From Patescibacteria group bacterium (GTDB lineage: Bacteria; Patescibacteriota; SICC01), in assembly GCA_040902515.1 (NCBI GenBank), contig JBBDXB010000006.1, forward strand, positions 66,219-130,218: a stretch of DNA of 64,000 nt, given 5' to 3'. This document shows positions 1-8,248 of the stretch, one piece after another. The position numbers were made by a program, and so were the translations under genes. The first letter of the stretch is position 1, and every line of letters begins with the position of its first letter. A model generated the notes under the pieces. The model did not search any database. It saw nothing but the letters and a program-made list of their open reading frames with translations, and was not told the origin of the DNA.

Positions 1-2
1 AC

Positions 3-509
3 GGCAAGCGCGTACTCTGCGTAGGCAAGGACGATGACGGCGTAGACATGACGCTCCGACTGCGGCAGTTCACGAAACGCCTGACGTTCACGGCGGAAAG
101 TTTCTCGAAGATTTCCCGACCTGCCCTGAAAAAGCTGGAACGCGCCGGCATCCCGGCGTACGAAGGGACGCTCAAGGAGGTCGTCGGCCGCCCGAAGGGC
201 CACGTGCGCTCGGTCACCCTGGCGCTTAGGGACGGTCAGGAAAAGACCCTTGCTACCGACGCAATCTTTCACCGGCTCGGCATCATGCCATACAACGACG
301 TCGCCAAAAAGCTCGGGGTCAGGCTCGACCACCGCGGCCTGATCAAGGTCGACGCCGGCACGATGGAAACCAACGTGAAGAACGTCTACGCCGCCGGCGA
401 CATCCGTTCCGACGCGCTCCACCAGTTGCACGCCGCCACCTACTCCGCCACCCGCGCCGTGATCGAAGCGAACCGCCGCTTGTACAAGAAACGGTACGAG
501 GTCCGATGA
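3..509 (+). CDS. Pyridine nucleotide-disulfide oxidoreductase, TrxR-like C-terminal part. 5'-truncated by the window edge; the frame is open back to nt 3.
   Basis: The C-terminal NAD/FAD region carries a VYAAGD-type motif typical of the thioredoxin-reductase family. The ORF has no stop upstream to the window start. Confidence 0.6.
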   Translation, partial: GKRVLCVGKDDDGVDMTLRLRQFTKRLTFTAESFSKISRPALKKLERAGIPAYEGTLKEVVGRPKGHVRSVTLALRDGQEKTLATDAIFHRLGIMPYNDVAKKLGVRLDHRGLIKVDAGTMETNVKNVYAAGDIRSDALHQLHAATYSATRAVIEANRRLYKKRYEVR

Positions 510-1042
510 AGATCCTACTCGTCGCCGTCTGCATCGTGGAGCACGAAGGGCGGATCCCGCTGATCAAGTTCAAACGGAACTATCTGACCGGATTCTGGGG
601 ACTGCCCGGCGGCAAGCTTGAGGCGGACGAACATCTCGACGCCGGCGCGGCACGGGAGATCAAGGAGGAGCTGGGACTGGATGCGCGCGTCGATGAATAC
701 CTCGGCGTCGTGGATGAGCTGGCGATTCATGCCGACGGCGCCGTCACCCGCCCCCTGCTGTTCGTCACCCGGATGACGCCGAAAGGTCCGGTTTCCACGA
801 AGCCGCGCGAACTGCCGGAAGGCACGGTCCGCTGGTTCACGCCGGAAGAGATCGACCGGCTCGAGCCGGAGATCGTCCCGTCCGACTTCCGGATCATTAA
901 GCACATGCACGAAACCGGCCACGGCGGCTACTACCGATCGAAGCTGGTATGGGACGGTGATCGGATCAGGCTGGACTACTTCGACGGCGTCGGCGGCGCT
1001 ACTTCTGCTGCTGACCCTGCTGCTGCGCCTGCACGGCAGTGA
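506..1042 (+). CDS. NUDIX hydrolase
   Basis: A Nudix box is present: GGKLEADEHLDAGAAREIKEELGL (GX5EX7REUXEEXGU). There is a 4-nt ATGA overlap with the upstream gene. Confidence 0.8.
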   Translation: MKILLVAVCIVEHEGRIPLIKFKRNYLTGFWGLPGGKLEADEHLDAGAAREIKEELGLDARVDEYLGVVDELAIHADGAVTRPLLFVTRMTPKGPVSTKPRELPEGTVRWFTPEEIDRLEPEIVPSDFRIIKHMHETGHGGYYRSKLVWDGDRIRLDYFDGVGGATSAADPAAAPARQ

Positions 1043-1508
1043 TCTCCATCTCGGCCAGCTCGTCTTCACCGGATTCGATGGTGATGAAGAGCTTGCCCGG
1101 CTTCTCGATCCGGAACGCGTCGAAGTTCAGGTTGAAGTTGAGGTTGGCCGCCTCCTTCTTCTTGGCGGCACCTTCCTGGCGCTTGATCTCGAACGTGCCT
1201 GAGAACGGCGGTACCACATCCTTGCCGTCTTCGTCACGGAATGTGACGCTGACCGGCAGCTCGTCCGCGGTCGTTGCCAGGCCGACGGCCATCGCCAGCC
1301 GCGGGTAAATCGCCGGGAACTGCCCGAGGCCGATCCGGCCCGGGGCATTGAGACCGCCGAAGACGCCGATCAGGTTAAGCTTGCCGCCGTCGGACGGAAA
1401 CGTCTGGTCGGCGAGATGCGCATAGAGGATGTTCGCCTTCGCCATGTCCCCAGCTTCGCGGTGTTTGCCGGCGGATGCAAGCGAAGGCGCTTGCATGACC
1501 CCGGACAC
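999..1508 (-). CDS. Hypothetical protein. The start may instead be the internal Met (MAKANILY, about nt 1448).
   Basis: A 169-aa ORF with normal composition and no recognisable motif. Confidence 0.4.
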   Translation of the reverse strand: MSGVMQAPSLASAGKHREAGDMAKANILYAHLADQTFPSDGGKLNLIGVFGGLNAPGRIGLGQFPAIYPRLAMAVGLATTADELPVSVTFRDEDGKDVVPPFSGTFEIKRQEGAAKKKEAANLNFNLNFDAFRIEKPGKLFITIESGEDELAEMEITAVQAQQQGQQQK

Positions 1509-1967
1509 TCTTGTTAACTGGACCTACGGCTTAACGCCATCACCTTAACTTCGTCCGCGTTCCGCCACTCGTTTTAACCCACGCGACGCATCTAGCGCGC
1601 GCTGGTCTACAAAACAAGTCGGAATCGTCGGACAAGCGTGAGTCTGTGCCTAGAGACCGGGATATGCAGGACACTTCGGACGGCAGACGGCGTCCGAGGG
1701 AGGAGAGCGAATCAAGGGACATCCCGTCTCCCAGCAGGACTCACGAAACTTCAATACTTGGAGAACAGGGACCGGTAGGGTCGAAAAGCAAACGATCCCT
1801 GACCCACCTTGACTACCTGTCGGGTGCCGAGCGGCGGCAAAATCCCCTTTTGCAGTCGCATTCTCCAAGACCCGGGCGGTCGTCGCACACCATCAGCTAT
1901 CTCGCCAGCTGACTGCGACGACCGCCCATTTTCTTTTGCCCGCTCCGAAACACACGACCGTTTTCGC

Positions 1968-1973
1968 TATACT
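1968..1973 (+). promoter_or_regulatory. TATACT -10-like box about 10 nt upstream of tRNA-Ala
   Basis: The sequence TATACT precedes the mature tRNA 5' end by about 10 nt. The same hexamer precedes glmS. Confidence 0.4.
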
Positions 1974-1983
1974 ACGGAAGCAC

Positions 1984-2057
1984 GGGGCCATAGCTCAGCT
2001 GGCCAGAGCGCCTGCATGGCATGCAGGAGGTCGGCGGTTCGAATCCGCCTGGCTCCA
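1984..2057 (+). tRNA. tRNA-Ala (anticodon GGC)
   Basis: Cloverleaf hand-folded: 7-bp acceptor with the G3:U70 Ala identity pair, D stem GCTC/GAGC, anticodon stem CCTGC/GCAGG with loop ATGGCAT (anticodon GGC), T arm GGCGG-TTCGAAT-CCGCC, discriminator A. A 3' CC follows. Confidence 0.85.
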
Positions 2058-2081
2058 CCGCGTTCCCGCCGCCAACCCTAA

Positions 2082-2840
2082 GTGATATGCTCAGCGGTCA
2101 TGAGTGCGGAACGACCAGAACCCGGCATTCCCGAGATACCGGAGAAACTACCGAGGTGGCACAGACGCCCCCAGGTCATCACCGTGGAGGGAGAGCTGGC
2201 TGCCGGAAAGGATACGCTGTGCGCCACGCTCTGCGAAGCGTATGGCTTCCGTTATCTGGACGTCAGCGGCATCGGACGCGGGCTGGCAGCAGCCACGTTG
2301 CGTGAGGGCGTAGATCTGGAGAACGAAACGGCTGTCGGCAGGTTCTACGCGGAAGCGGACGTCGACTTCGCGATGGAGGGATCGGAGGCTTCGGTGTGCG
2401 TGAACGGGGCGGACGTCACGGCGGACCTGAAGACGCCGGAGACTTACGATACCAGTGCCAGGTTGATACGTTATCCGTTCGCTCCGCTGCGCGTCGGTGA
2501 GATCGCGCGCGACTTCATCCGGCCGGGAAACGTGGTCGTCAACGGACGCAGGCTGACGAACGACATCTGGCCGGGCGCGGAACTCCAGTTGTTCCTGATC
2601 GGTGATTTCGAGGTACGCCTGGAACGGCGATTCCGCGAGCTATACAAAGCGAATCCCGCGACGACTCGCAAAGCGGTGGCGGACGCGATGCGCCGACGTG
2701 AAGCGGAAGAAGCGGCCGCCGGTACCGGCACGGCATCCACCTCTAGCCTAATCATCGATACGACGGCACTGGCCCCTGATGGAGTAGCCAGCACCGTCGT
2801 TGAATCCCACAACAGAAAGATTCGTTTCACGACCAAATAA
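2082..2840 (+). CDS. Cytidylate kinase-like paralog with degenerate active-site motifs (GELAAGKDT P-loop; NGRR in place of DGRD). Possibly a non-catalytic or repurposed Cmk homolog. The start may be 2100.
   Basis: Clear Cmk-family similarity. VVNGRRLTNDIWPGAELQLFLIGDFEVRLERRFREL matches the canonical MDGRDIGTV..PDA.KIFL.AS.E.RA.RR motif of the bona fide cmk at 60422-61111. Confidence 0.6.
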   Translation: MICSAVMSAERPEPGIPEIPEKLPRWHRRPQVITVEGELAAGKDTLCATLCEAYGFRYLDVSGIGRGLAAATLREGVDLENETAVGRFYAEADVDFAMEGSEASVCVNGADVTADLKTPETYDTSARLIRYPFAPLRVGEIARDFIRPGNVVVNGRRLTNDIWPGAELQLFLIGDFEVRLERRFRELYKANPATTRKAVADAMRRREAEEAAAGTGTASTSSLIIDTTALAPDGVASTVVESHNRKIRFTTK

Positions 2841-2874
2841 AAAAGACCAGTAAATCTAGGGTAATTTACTGGTC
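2839..2874 (-). terminator. Rho-independent terminator for the minus-strand unit ending at 2952. The hairpin also lies just 3' of the plus-strand gene.
   Basis: Perfect 11-bp stem GACCAGTAAAT/ATTTACTGGTC with loop CTAGGGTA. An A-run on the + strand gives a U-tract for the minus-strand transcript. Confidence 0.7.
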
Positions 2875-2951
2875 TGAACCCGCACGTAGCCGAAGCTACA
2901 CGGACGACACTCATCAGTGGTGCGCGGATGGGTCCGTTGTGAAGGGTGGTA

Positions 2952-3281
2952 TCACCACCAGTGCTCCCAATTCGTCGTGCCAATCTCGACCGTGATCCAG
3001 GCGCCTAGATTCATCCCCGCTGCACATATCACGACGAGCCCCAACATTGTCGGCAGGAGTACACGAATGAGGCTATCGGACGGATCGCAATAGTCGTGCA
3101 GCACTCCAAGCGCCACGATGGTGAACAGGACCAGCATGCTTAGCCCGGCGATCGGCACCGACGCGCTATCAGTGCCGGTGAGGGGCATGAGTACCGCCCC
3201 CGCCAGCCCGACTATGAACGTGGCGAAGACATAGAAAACGACACCTGCCCAACCGGCTTTCGTCTCCCGAACGGCAGTCAT
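2952..3281 (-). CDS. Small integral membrane protein (3 predicted TM helices)
   Basis: A hydrophobic 109-aa ORF followed by an intrinsic terminator. Confidence 0.5.
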   Translation of the reverse strand: MTAVRETKAGWAGVVFYVFATFIVGLAGAVLMPLTGTDSASVPIAGLSMLVLFTIVALGVLHDYCDPSDSLIRVLLPTMLGLVVICAAGMNLGAWITVEIGTTNWEHWW

Positions 3282-3338
3282 GATTATCCTTTCGTTGTTT
3301 GCTTTTACTCACGGAGCCATCTTGAGAACGGTTGTCCA

Positions 3339-3653
3339 TTGCCGGACGAACCAGCCCCAGACAGCCGTCCCCAACCACTGCTAAGCTGCGACAATCAATT
3401 ATATTTTATGGTTAAGCAAAAAAACAAGACGCCACGCTTGCTGTGTTACTATGCCGGTATGATTCGACGCGAACCTGGGATTGCTGCTGAACTGCATGCC
3501 GCGGGGGCAGCCCTTGAGGCCGCTCCTCAATGGCTTCAGGAGCTACCCATCGAGAATACCGACCGAGTTATCAACGCCGCGCATCGCGAAGGAGTGCCGC
3601 CGGCCGATATGGCCGCGCGGATGGCGGGCAGACAGACTCTCCATGCTTCTTAA
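3339..3653 (+). CDS. Hypothetical small protein. A more plausible start is ATG 3459 (MIRREPG..., 64 aa), preceded by TTGCTG/TACTAT promoter-like hexamers.
   Basis: An ORF in an AT-richer intergenic island. It is the only + strand ORF inside a long minus-strand array. Confidence 0.3.
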   Translation: MPDEPAPDSRPQPLLSCDNQLYFMVKQKNKTPRLLCYYAGMIRREPGIAAELHAAGAALEAAPQWLQELPIENTDRVINAAHREGVPPADMAARMAGRQTLHAS

Positions 3654-3662
3654 GCGCCTGGC

Positions 3663-4646
3663 TTAATCCGTAACGATCGCGCCCTTGGCGTGCCAGTCGG
3701 CGCGCGGGTCGTTGAGATACTCGTAGACGTCTCCGGCCGCGACCGACCCCTCCCCAACCGCCGTACCGATCTGGCGGAACATCGCGGACGCCGTGGTGTT
3801 GTCGCCGGCACCCCACACCCGCTCCGCGCTGGTCCGCTGGTGGTCGTTCACGATCAGGAACTGCCCGTCATCCACCTTGGCTCCGAGCATGTCGGGAATC
3901 GCCCGCTCCGGCGTCGAGCCGATCTCCACGAACAGCCCGTCCACCGCGATCTCGCCTTTCCCCTCGTACGACTGGTCCAACGTAACGCCGGTCACCGTCT
4001 GTTCGCCGAGCACCTTCGTGACGCTGTTCGACAGCACGAACGTCACGTTCGGCTTCGACTTCACGCGATCCACCCAGATGGGCTCCGCCCGGAACGTGTC
4101 CCGACGGTGGATCCAGAAGACTTCCTTCGCGAATTCGCTGAGGTGCAGCGCACCCTTGGCACCGGAATCGCCGCCGCCCACGATCGCCACGCGCTTGTCC
4201 TTGAAGAACGCCGCATCACAGGTGACGCAGTACGACACGCCCTTGCCTTCGAATTCCTTCTCACCCGGCACGCCGAGCTTGTTGTGCTCGGTACCGGTTC
4301 CGACCAGCACCGCACGGGCCGACAGCTCCGCTCCCGCCCATCCTTTCAGGTGGAACAGGTCGCCGTCCCGGGATACCTCGGTGACCTTTTCCGGAAGCAG
4401 CGTCGCCTCGTCGTATGCCTTCGCGTGATCCCCGAAGTGCTTCGCCAGGTCCATGCCGCTTATCGACTGGAACCCGAGGTAGTCCTCGACCAGGTGGGTC
4501 GTGGAGACGTACCCACCGAGCTCCGGCCCCATGACGACGTTCGTCAGCTTGTACCGCGACGCGTAGACGGATGCCGCGAGACCTGCCGGGCCGGCACCGA
4601 TGATGGCGATATCGTAGCGGTCAGGAGTGTTTGTCTTTTCCGTCAC
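3663..4646 (-). CDS. trxB: Thioredoxin reductase (327 aa from a GTG start; the longer ORF to 4892 is an Arg-rich artefact)
   Basis: FAD motif IIGAGPAG, redox centre CVTCD (CxxC), NADPH motif VGGGDSG. The GTG start is preceded by the RBS GGGAGGA. Confidence 0.9.
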   Translation of the reverse strand: MTEKTNTPDRYDIAIIGAGPAGLAASVYASRYKLTNVVMGPELGGYVSTTHLVEDYLGFQSISGMDLAKHFGDHAKAYDEATLLPEKVTEVSRDGDLFHLKGWAGAELSARAVLVGTGTEHNKLGVPGEKEFEGKGVSYCVTCDAAFFKDKRVAIVGGGDSGAKGALHLSEFAKEVFWIHRRDTFRAEPIWVDRVKSKPNVTFVLSNSVTKVLGEQTVTGVTLDQSYEGKGEIAVDGLFVEIGSTPERAIPDMLGAKVDDGQFLIVNDHQRTSAERVWGAGDNTTASAMFRQIGTAVGEGSVAAGDVYEYLNDPRADWHAKGAIVTD

Positions 4647-4657
4647 GTCGATCCTCC

Positions 4658-4978
4658 CTAGAGATGCGGCGTCAGCTTGCCCTCGAGTTCCGGCTTCGGT
4701 AGCACGCCGATGATCGTCTCGACCGGCTGTCCGCCCTTGAACAGGATCAGGGTCGGGATGCTCATCACGCCGAACTGCTGCGCCAGCTCCTGCTGCTCGT
4801 CCACGTTGACCTTGCCGACGGCCAGCCGATCCTTCTTCTCGTCGGCGACGGCATCGACGATCGGATCGAGCACCTTGCAGGGGCCGCACCACTCCGCCCA
4901 GAAATCCACGAGTACCGGCTTGTCGGACTGCTCGACCTCCTTCGTGAAATTCTCCTTGGTAACTACGGTTTCGGGCAT
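4658..4978 (-). CDS. trxA: Thioredoxin
   Basis: WCGPC active site in a 106-aa protein, immediately upstream of trxB (12-nt gap). Confidence 0.9.
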   Translation of the reverse strand: MPETVVTKENFTKEVEQSDKPVLVDFWAEWCGPCKVLDPIVDAVADEKKDRLAVGKVNVDEQQELAQQFGVMSIPTLILFKGGQPVETIIGVLPKPELEGKLTPHL

Positions 4979-4982
4979 AGCT

Positions 4983-5204
4983 CTAGTTTACCAATCCCAG
5001 GCTGAAGAAGAGTACCGTTCCTGCCGCCGCCAGCGCCCAGAAGACCAACATCGCCAAAATCAGGCCGATCCCAAATCGGAATCCGTCCCGCACGGTGACG
5101 TTAAGCTCGGGCGGCAATACGTACGGATCGTTCTGCCGATCGAAGTACTCCTCGTCGGGAGTTTCCTTGATGTTCACGTCGCTGGTTTTCCCCTTCTTTG
5201 CCAT
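4983..5204 (-). CDS. Small membrane protein (1-2 TM)
   Basis: A 73-aa ORF with a hydrophobic C-terminal half, 4 nt upstream of trxA. Confidence 0.4.
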   Translation of the reverse strand: MAKKGKTSDVNIKETPDEEYFDRQNDPYVLPPELNVTVRDGFRFGIGLILAMLVFWALAAAGTVLFFSLGLVN

Positions 5205-5258
5205 ACGTAAATGGGTTACCGTTCCACTTTAGTATCCCGACACCCTCCCGGGCAACTG

Positions 5259-6599
5259 TCAGGAGCGTGCCGCATGCAGTTTCCTGGCCCGTTCCAGGAG
5301 ATATTCCCGAGTGTTCCGCTTCGGATCGTCAAGGACTTCCTCGAGCAGCGCATCCAGGGTCCGTCCGATCCCCGGGCCCGGTTTCATGCCCAGCTCCTTC
5401 ATCAGGTCGTGCCCGTCGACCTTGAGCATCCGCGTGGAGATCGGCTCTTTCTGTACTTCGAGCGAACGTTCCTTGAATAACTGGAGCTTTTTCGTGAGTC
5501 CGATCTTGCAACCCGAGCCGATCCGGTCGCCGACCCGCAGCGCGATCAGGTCGTCGACATGCTCCGGTCCCACCCGCCGGACGATCCGCCGGACCGCTTT
5601 GTCCGTGGACTCGAACTGGAACAGGAACATGTGGTGCCGGACGAGATTGGTCACGCGCTTCAGGTCGTCGTTGGAGAACCGGAGGCGGCGCATGATCTCC
5701 TTGGTCATCCTGGCGCCGATCACTTCGTGGCCGTGGAACGTGCGGTTGGCGCCGCTGCCGCGCGCGCTCCGGGGCTTGCCGACATCATGCAGGAGCGCCG
5801 CGAGCCGGACCAGCGGGTCCGTGCTCGGCGTATGCTCGAGTGACCGGAGGTTATGCTCGAGCACCGGATACTTGTGATGCTTCGGCTGGTCTAGGTCCGC
5901 GCCCTCCAAAAGCTCCGGCAGGAACTGCGCGAGCAATCCGGTCTTCAGGAGCAACCGTACGCCTTCGGCCGGCCGGTCCGAGATCAGGATTCCCATGAAT
6001 TCGTCGCGGATCCGTTCGGCGGAGATGTACTGCAACCGTTCCGCGTTGGCCCGGACGGCCGTCAGCGTCTTCGCCTCGATCGCGAACCTGAGTTGTGCCG
6101 CGAACCTGACGGCGCGGATCAACCGCAGCGCATCCTCTTGGAACCGCTCGTCCGGGTCGCCGACCGCTCGGATCGCCTTGGCCCGCAAATCGGCCTGTCC
6201 GCCGAACGGATCGACCAGCTTCCGGCCGTCGGTGGCGATCGCGTTCACCGTGAAGTCCCGCCGGGCCAGGTCATCCCCGAGCCGTTTCACGAACACGACC
6301 TTCTCCGGGTGGCGCGCGTCGCGGTACTCCGTTTCCGCCCGGTAGGTCGTCACCTCGTAGGTCTTCTTCCCATGCCGTACGCCCACGGTCCCGTACCGGT
6401 TCGCGTACACGGCGTTCGGGAATATGCGTTGGATATCCTCCGGCGTAGCCGGCGTCGCGACGTCCCAGTCCTTCGGTTCGCGACCGAGCAGCAGGTCCCG
6501 GACGCCGCCGCCGACGGCGTACGCCTCGAAACCCGCTTTCGCGAGTCCGTCCATCACCCACCGGACGCCGGCGGGAAGCCGGATGTCGGGATTCGTCAT
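5259..6599 (-). CDS. cca: CCA-adding tRNA nucleotidyltransferase with HD domain
   Basis: Pol-beta NTase motif GGGVRDLLLG...DxD, and an HD-domain signature LLHDVGK. Confidence 0.85.
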   Translation of the reverse strand: MTNPDIRLPAGVRWVMDGLAKAGFEAYAVGGGVRDLLLGREPKDWDVATPATPEDIQRIFPNAVYANRYGTVGVRHGKKTYEVTTYRAETEYRDARHPEKVVFVKRLGDDLARRDFTVNAIATDGRKLVDPFGGQADLRAKAIRAVGDPDERFQEDALRLIRAVRFAAQLRFAIEAKTLTAVRANAERLQYISAERIRDEFMGILISDRPAEGVRLLLKTGLLAQFLPELLEGADLDQPKHHKYPVLEHNLRSLEHTPSTDPLVRLAALLHDVGKPRSARGSGANRTFHGHEVIGARMTKEIMRRLRFSNDDLKRVTNLVRHHMFLFQFESTDKAVRRIVRRVGPEHVDDLIALRVGDRIGSGCKIGLTKKLQLFKERSLEVQKEPISTRMLKVDGHDLMKELGMKPGPGIGRTLDALLEEVLDDPKRNTREYLLERARKLHAARS

Positions 6600-6645
6600 G
6601 TCACCAGCTTACCGAGCAGGGGCGGCGGCGAACAGGACGCGGCGT

Positions 6646-8241
6646 TCAGATCAGCCCGTATCCTTCCATCCCCGGCGATACCGGAATGCCCATCAGCTTC
6701 AGGACGGTCGGCGCCACGTCTCCGAGCAGGCCGGTCGCGGCCGTGTCCTTGTCCATCGTCAGGCGGCCGGAGGCCAGCAGCTTGCCCGGGTCCCCGGACG
6801 CCGGCGGGCAGATGATCAGCGGCACGGGGTTGGTCGTATGTTCCTTGTCCGGTACGCCGTTCGCGAAGTTGACCATCTGTTCCGCATTACCGTGGTCGGA
6901 AGTGATGACCAGGTACGCGCCCGCCTTGCGGCTGGCTTCGGCGATCTCGCCCAGGCTCTTATCGATGGTCTCGACCGCCTTGACCGTCGCCTCGAAGTTA
7001 CCAGTGTGACCCACCATATCCGGATTCGCGAAATTGACCATGATGAACCCGTAGGCCTCGTCGCCGATCCGCTTGACCAACTCGGCCGTGATTTCCTTCG
7101 CGCCCATCGCCGGCTCCTGGTCGTAGGTCGCGACCTGCGGAGAGGGAATCAGCAGCCGCTCCTCGAGGGGATACGGCTCTTCATGTCCGCCGTTCAGGAA
7201 GAACGTGGCATGCGGGTACTTCTCGGTCTCCGCGATGTGGAACTGGCGGATACCCGCGTCCGAGAGCACCTTGGCCAGCGGGTCCACGACGTTCTGCGGG
7301 AAGAATGCCACGTGGACCGGCAGGTTCGGCTCGTACTGGGTCAACGTAGACACGTAGCCCGGGCCGACGTAGTCCTTGCGGGGAAATCGCTCGAACTGGG
7401 CGTGCGCGATCGCTTCCGCGAGCTGCCGGATCCGGTCCGAACGGAAGTTGAAAAAGATCGCGGAGTCACTGCTCCGGAGCGGCTGCGGCTTCTCCCCGTC
7501 ACGCAGGATTACGGTCGGCTCGATGAATTCATCCGTCAGCCCCTGCTTGTAAGCCCGGGAGATCGCCGCCTCGACGCTCGATGCCGTCGGACCTTTCCCC
7601 TGCGCGATCGCTTCGAACGCTTTGCGGGTCCGGTCCCATCGGTTGTCGCGGTCCATGGCGTAGTACCGGCCGCAGATGGTACGGATCTTCCCCACGCCGG
7701 TGTTGGCAATCTCGCCTTCCAGCTTCTTGAGCGAATCCAGGATCGCCTTCGGCGGCGTGTCGCGCCCGTCGGCAAAGATGTGGAGCGCCACGTCCTTCAC
7801 CTTTTCCCGACGGGCAAGGTCGAGCAGGGCGATCAGGTGGCGCAGGTGCGCATGTACGCCACCCGACGAGGCCAGGCCGATCAGGTGCAGGGTACCCGAA
7901 GCGTTACGGGCATGCCCGCAGGCCGCCTTCAGCGCGTCATTCTCATAGAACGAGCCGTCCGCGATCGCGGCGGATACACGCGGCAGGTCCTGGGGAACGA
8001 CCCTGCCCGCGCCGATGTTCAGGTGGCCGACCTCGGAGTTGCCCATCTCGCCCCACGGCAATCCGACCGCTTCACCGGATGCCTGGAGCAACGTATGCGG
8101 ATTATCCTGCCACAACCGGGCGAAATGTCCCGTCCGGGCATTGGCGATGGCGTTGCCTTCGAAGACCGGGGAGTGCCCCCAGCCGTCCAGTACCGCCAGC
8201 ACCAACCGGCGCCGGCCCGTGGAAGCGGGCTTCTTCGTCAT
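6646..8241 (-). CDS. gpmI: 2,3-bisphosphoglycerate-independent phosphoglycerate mutase (copy 1)
   Basis: iPGM N-terminal Ser-phosphatase motifs (LDGWG, SEVGHLN) and C-terminal metal site (ITSDHGN), 531 aa. Confidence 0.85.
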   Translation of the reverse strand: MTKKPASTGRRRLVLAVLDGWGHSPVFEGNAIANARTGHFARLWQDNPHTLLQASGEAVGLPWGEMGNSEVGHLNIGAGRVVPQDLPRVSAAIADGSFYENDALKAACGHARNASGTLHLIGLASSGGVHAHLRHLIALLDLARREKVKDVALHIFADGRDTPPKAILDSLKKLEGEIANTGVGKIRTICGRYYAMDRDNRWDRTRKAFEAIAQGKGPTASSVEAAISRAYKQGLTDEFIEPTVILRDGEKPQPLRSSDSAIFFNFRSDRIRQLAEAIAHAQFERFPRKDYVGPGYVSTLTQYEPNLPVHVAFFPQNVVDPLAKVLSDAGIRQFHIAETEKYPHATFFLNGGHEEPYPLEERLLIPSPQVATYDQEPAMGAKEITAELVKRIGDEAYGFIMVNFANPDMVGHTGNFEATVKAVETIDKSLGEIAEASRKAGAYLVITSDHGNAEQMVNFANGVPDKEHTTNPVPLIICPPASGDPGKLLASGRLTMDKDTAATGLLGDVAPTVLKLMGIPVSPGMEGYGLI

Positions 8242-8248
8242 CGCTGCC

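Noticed and set aside
4647-4892. 82-codon N-terminal extension of the trxB ORF
   Set aside because: It is Arg-rich and overlaps trxA. The GTG at 4646 with a GGGAGGA RBS gives a canonical TrxR N-terminus (DIAIIGAGPAG close to the start).
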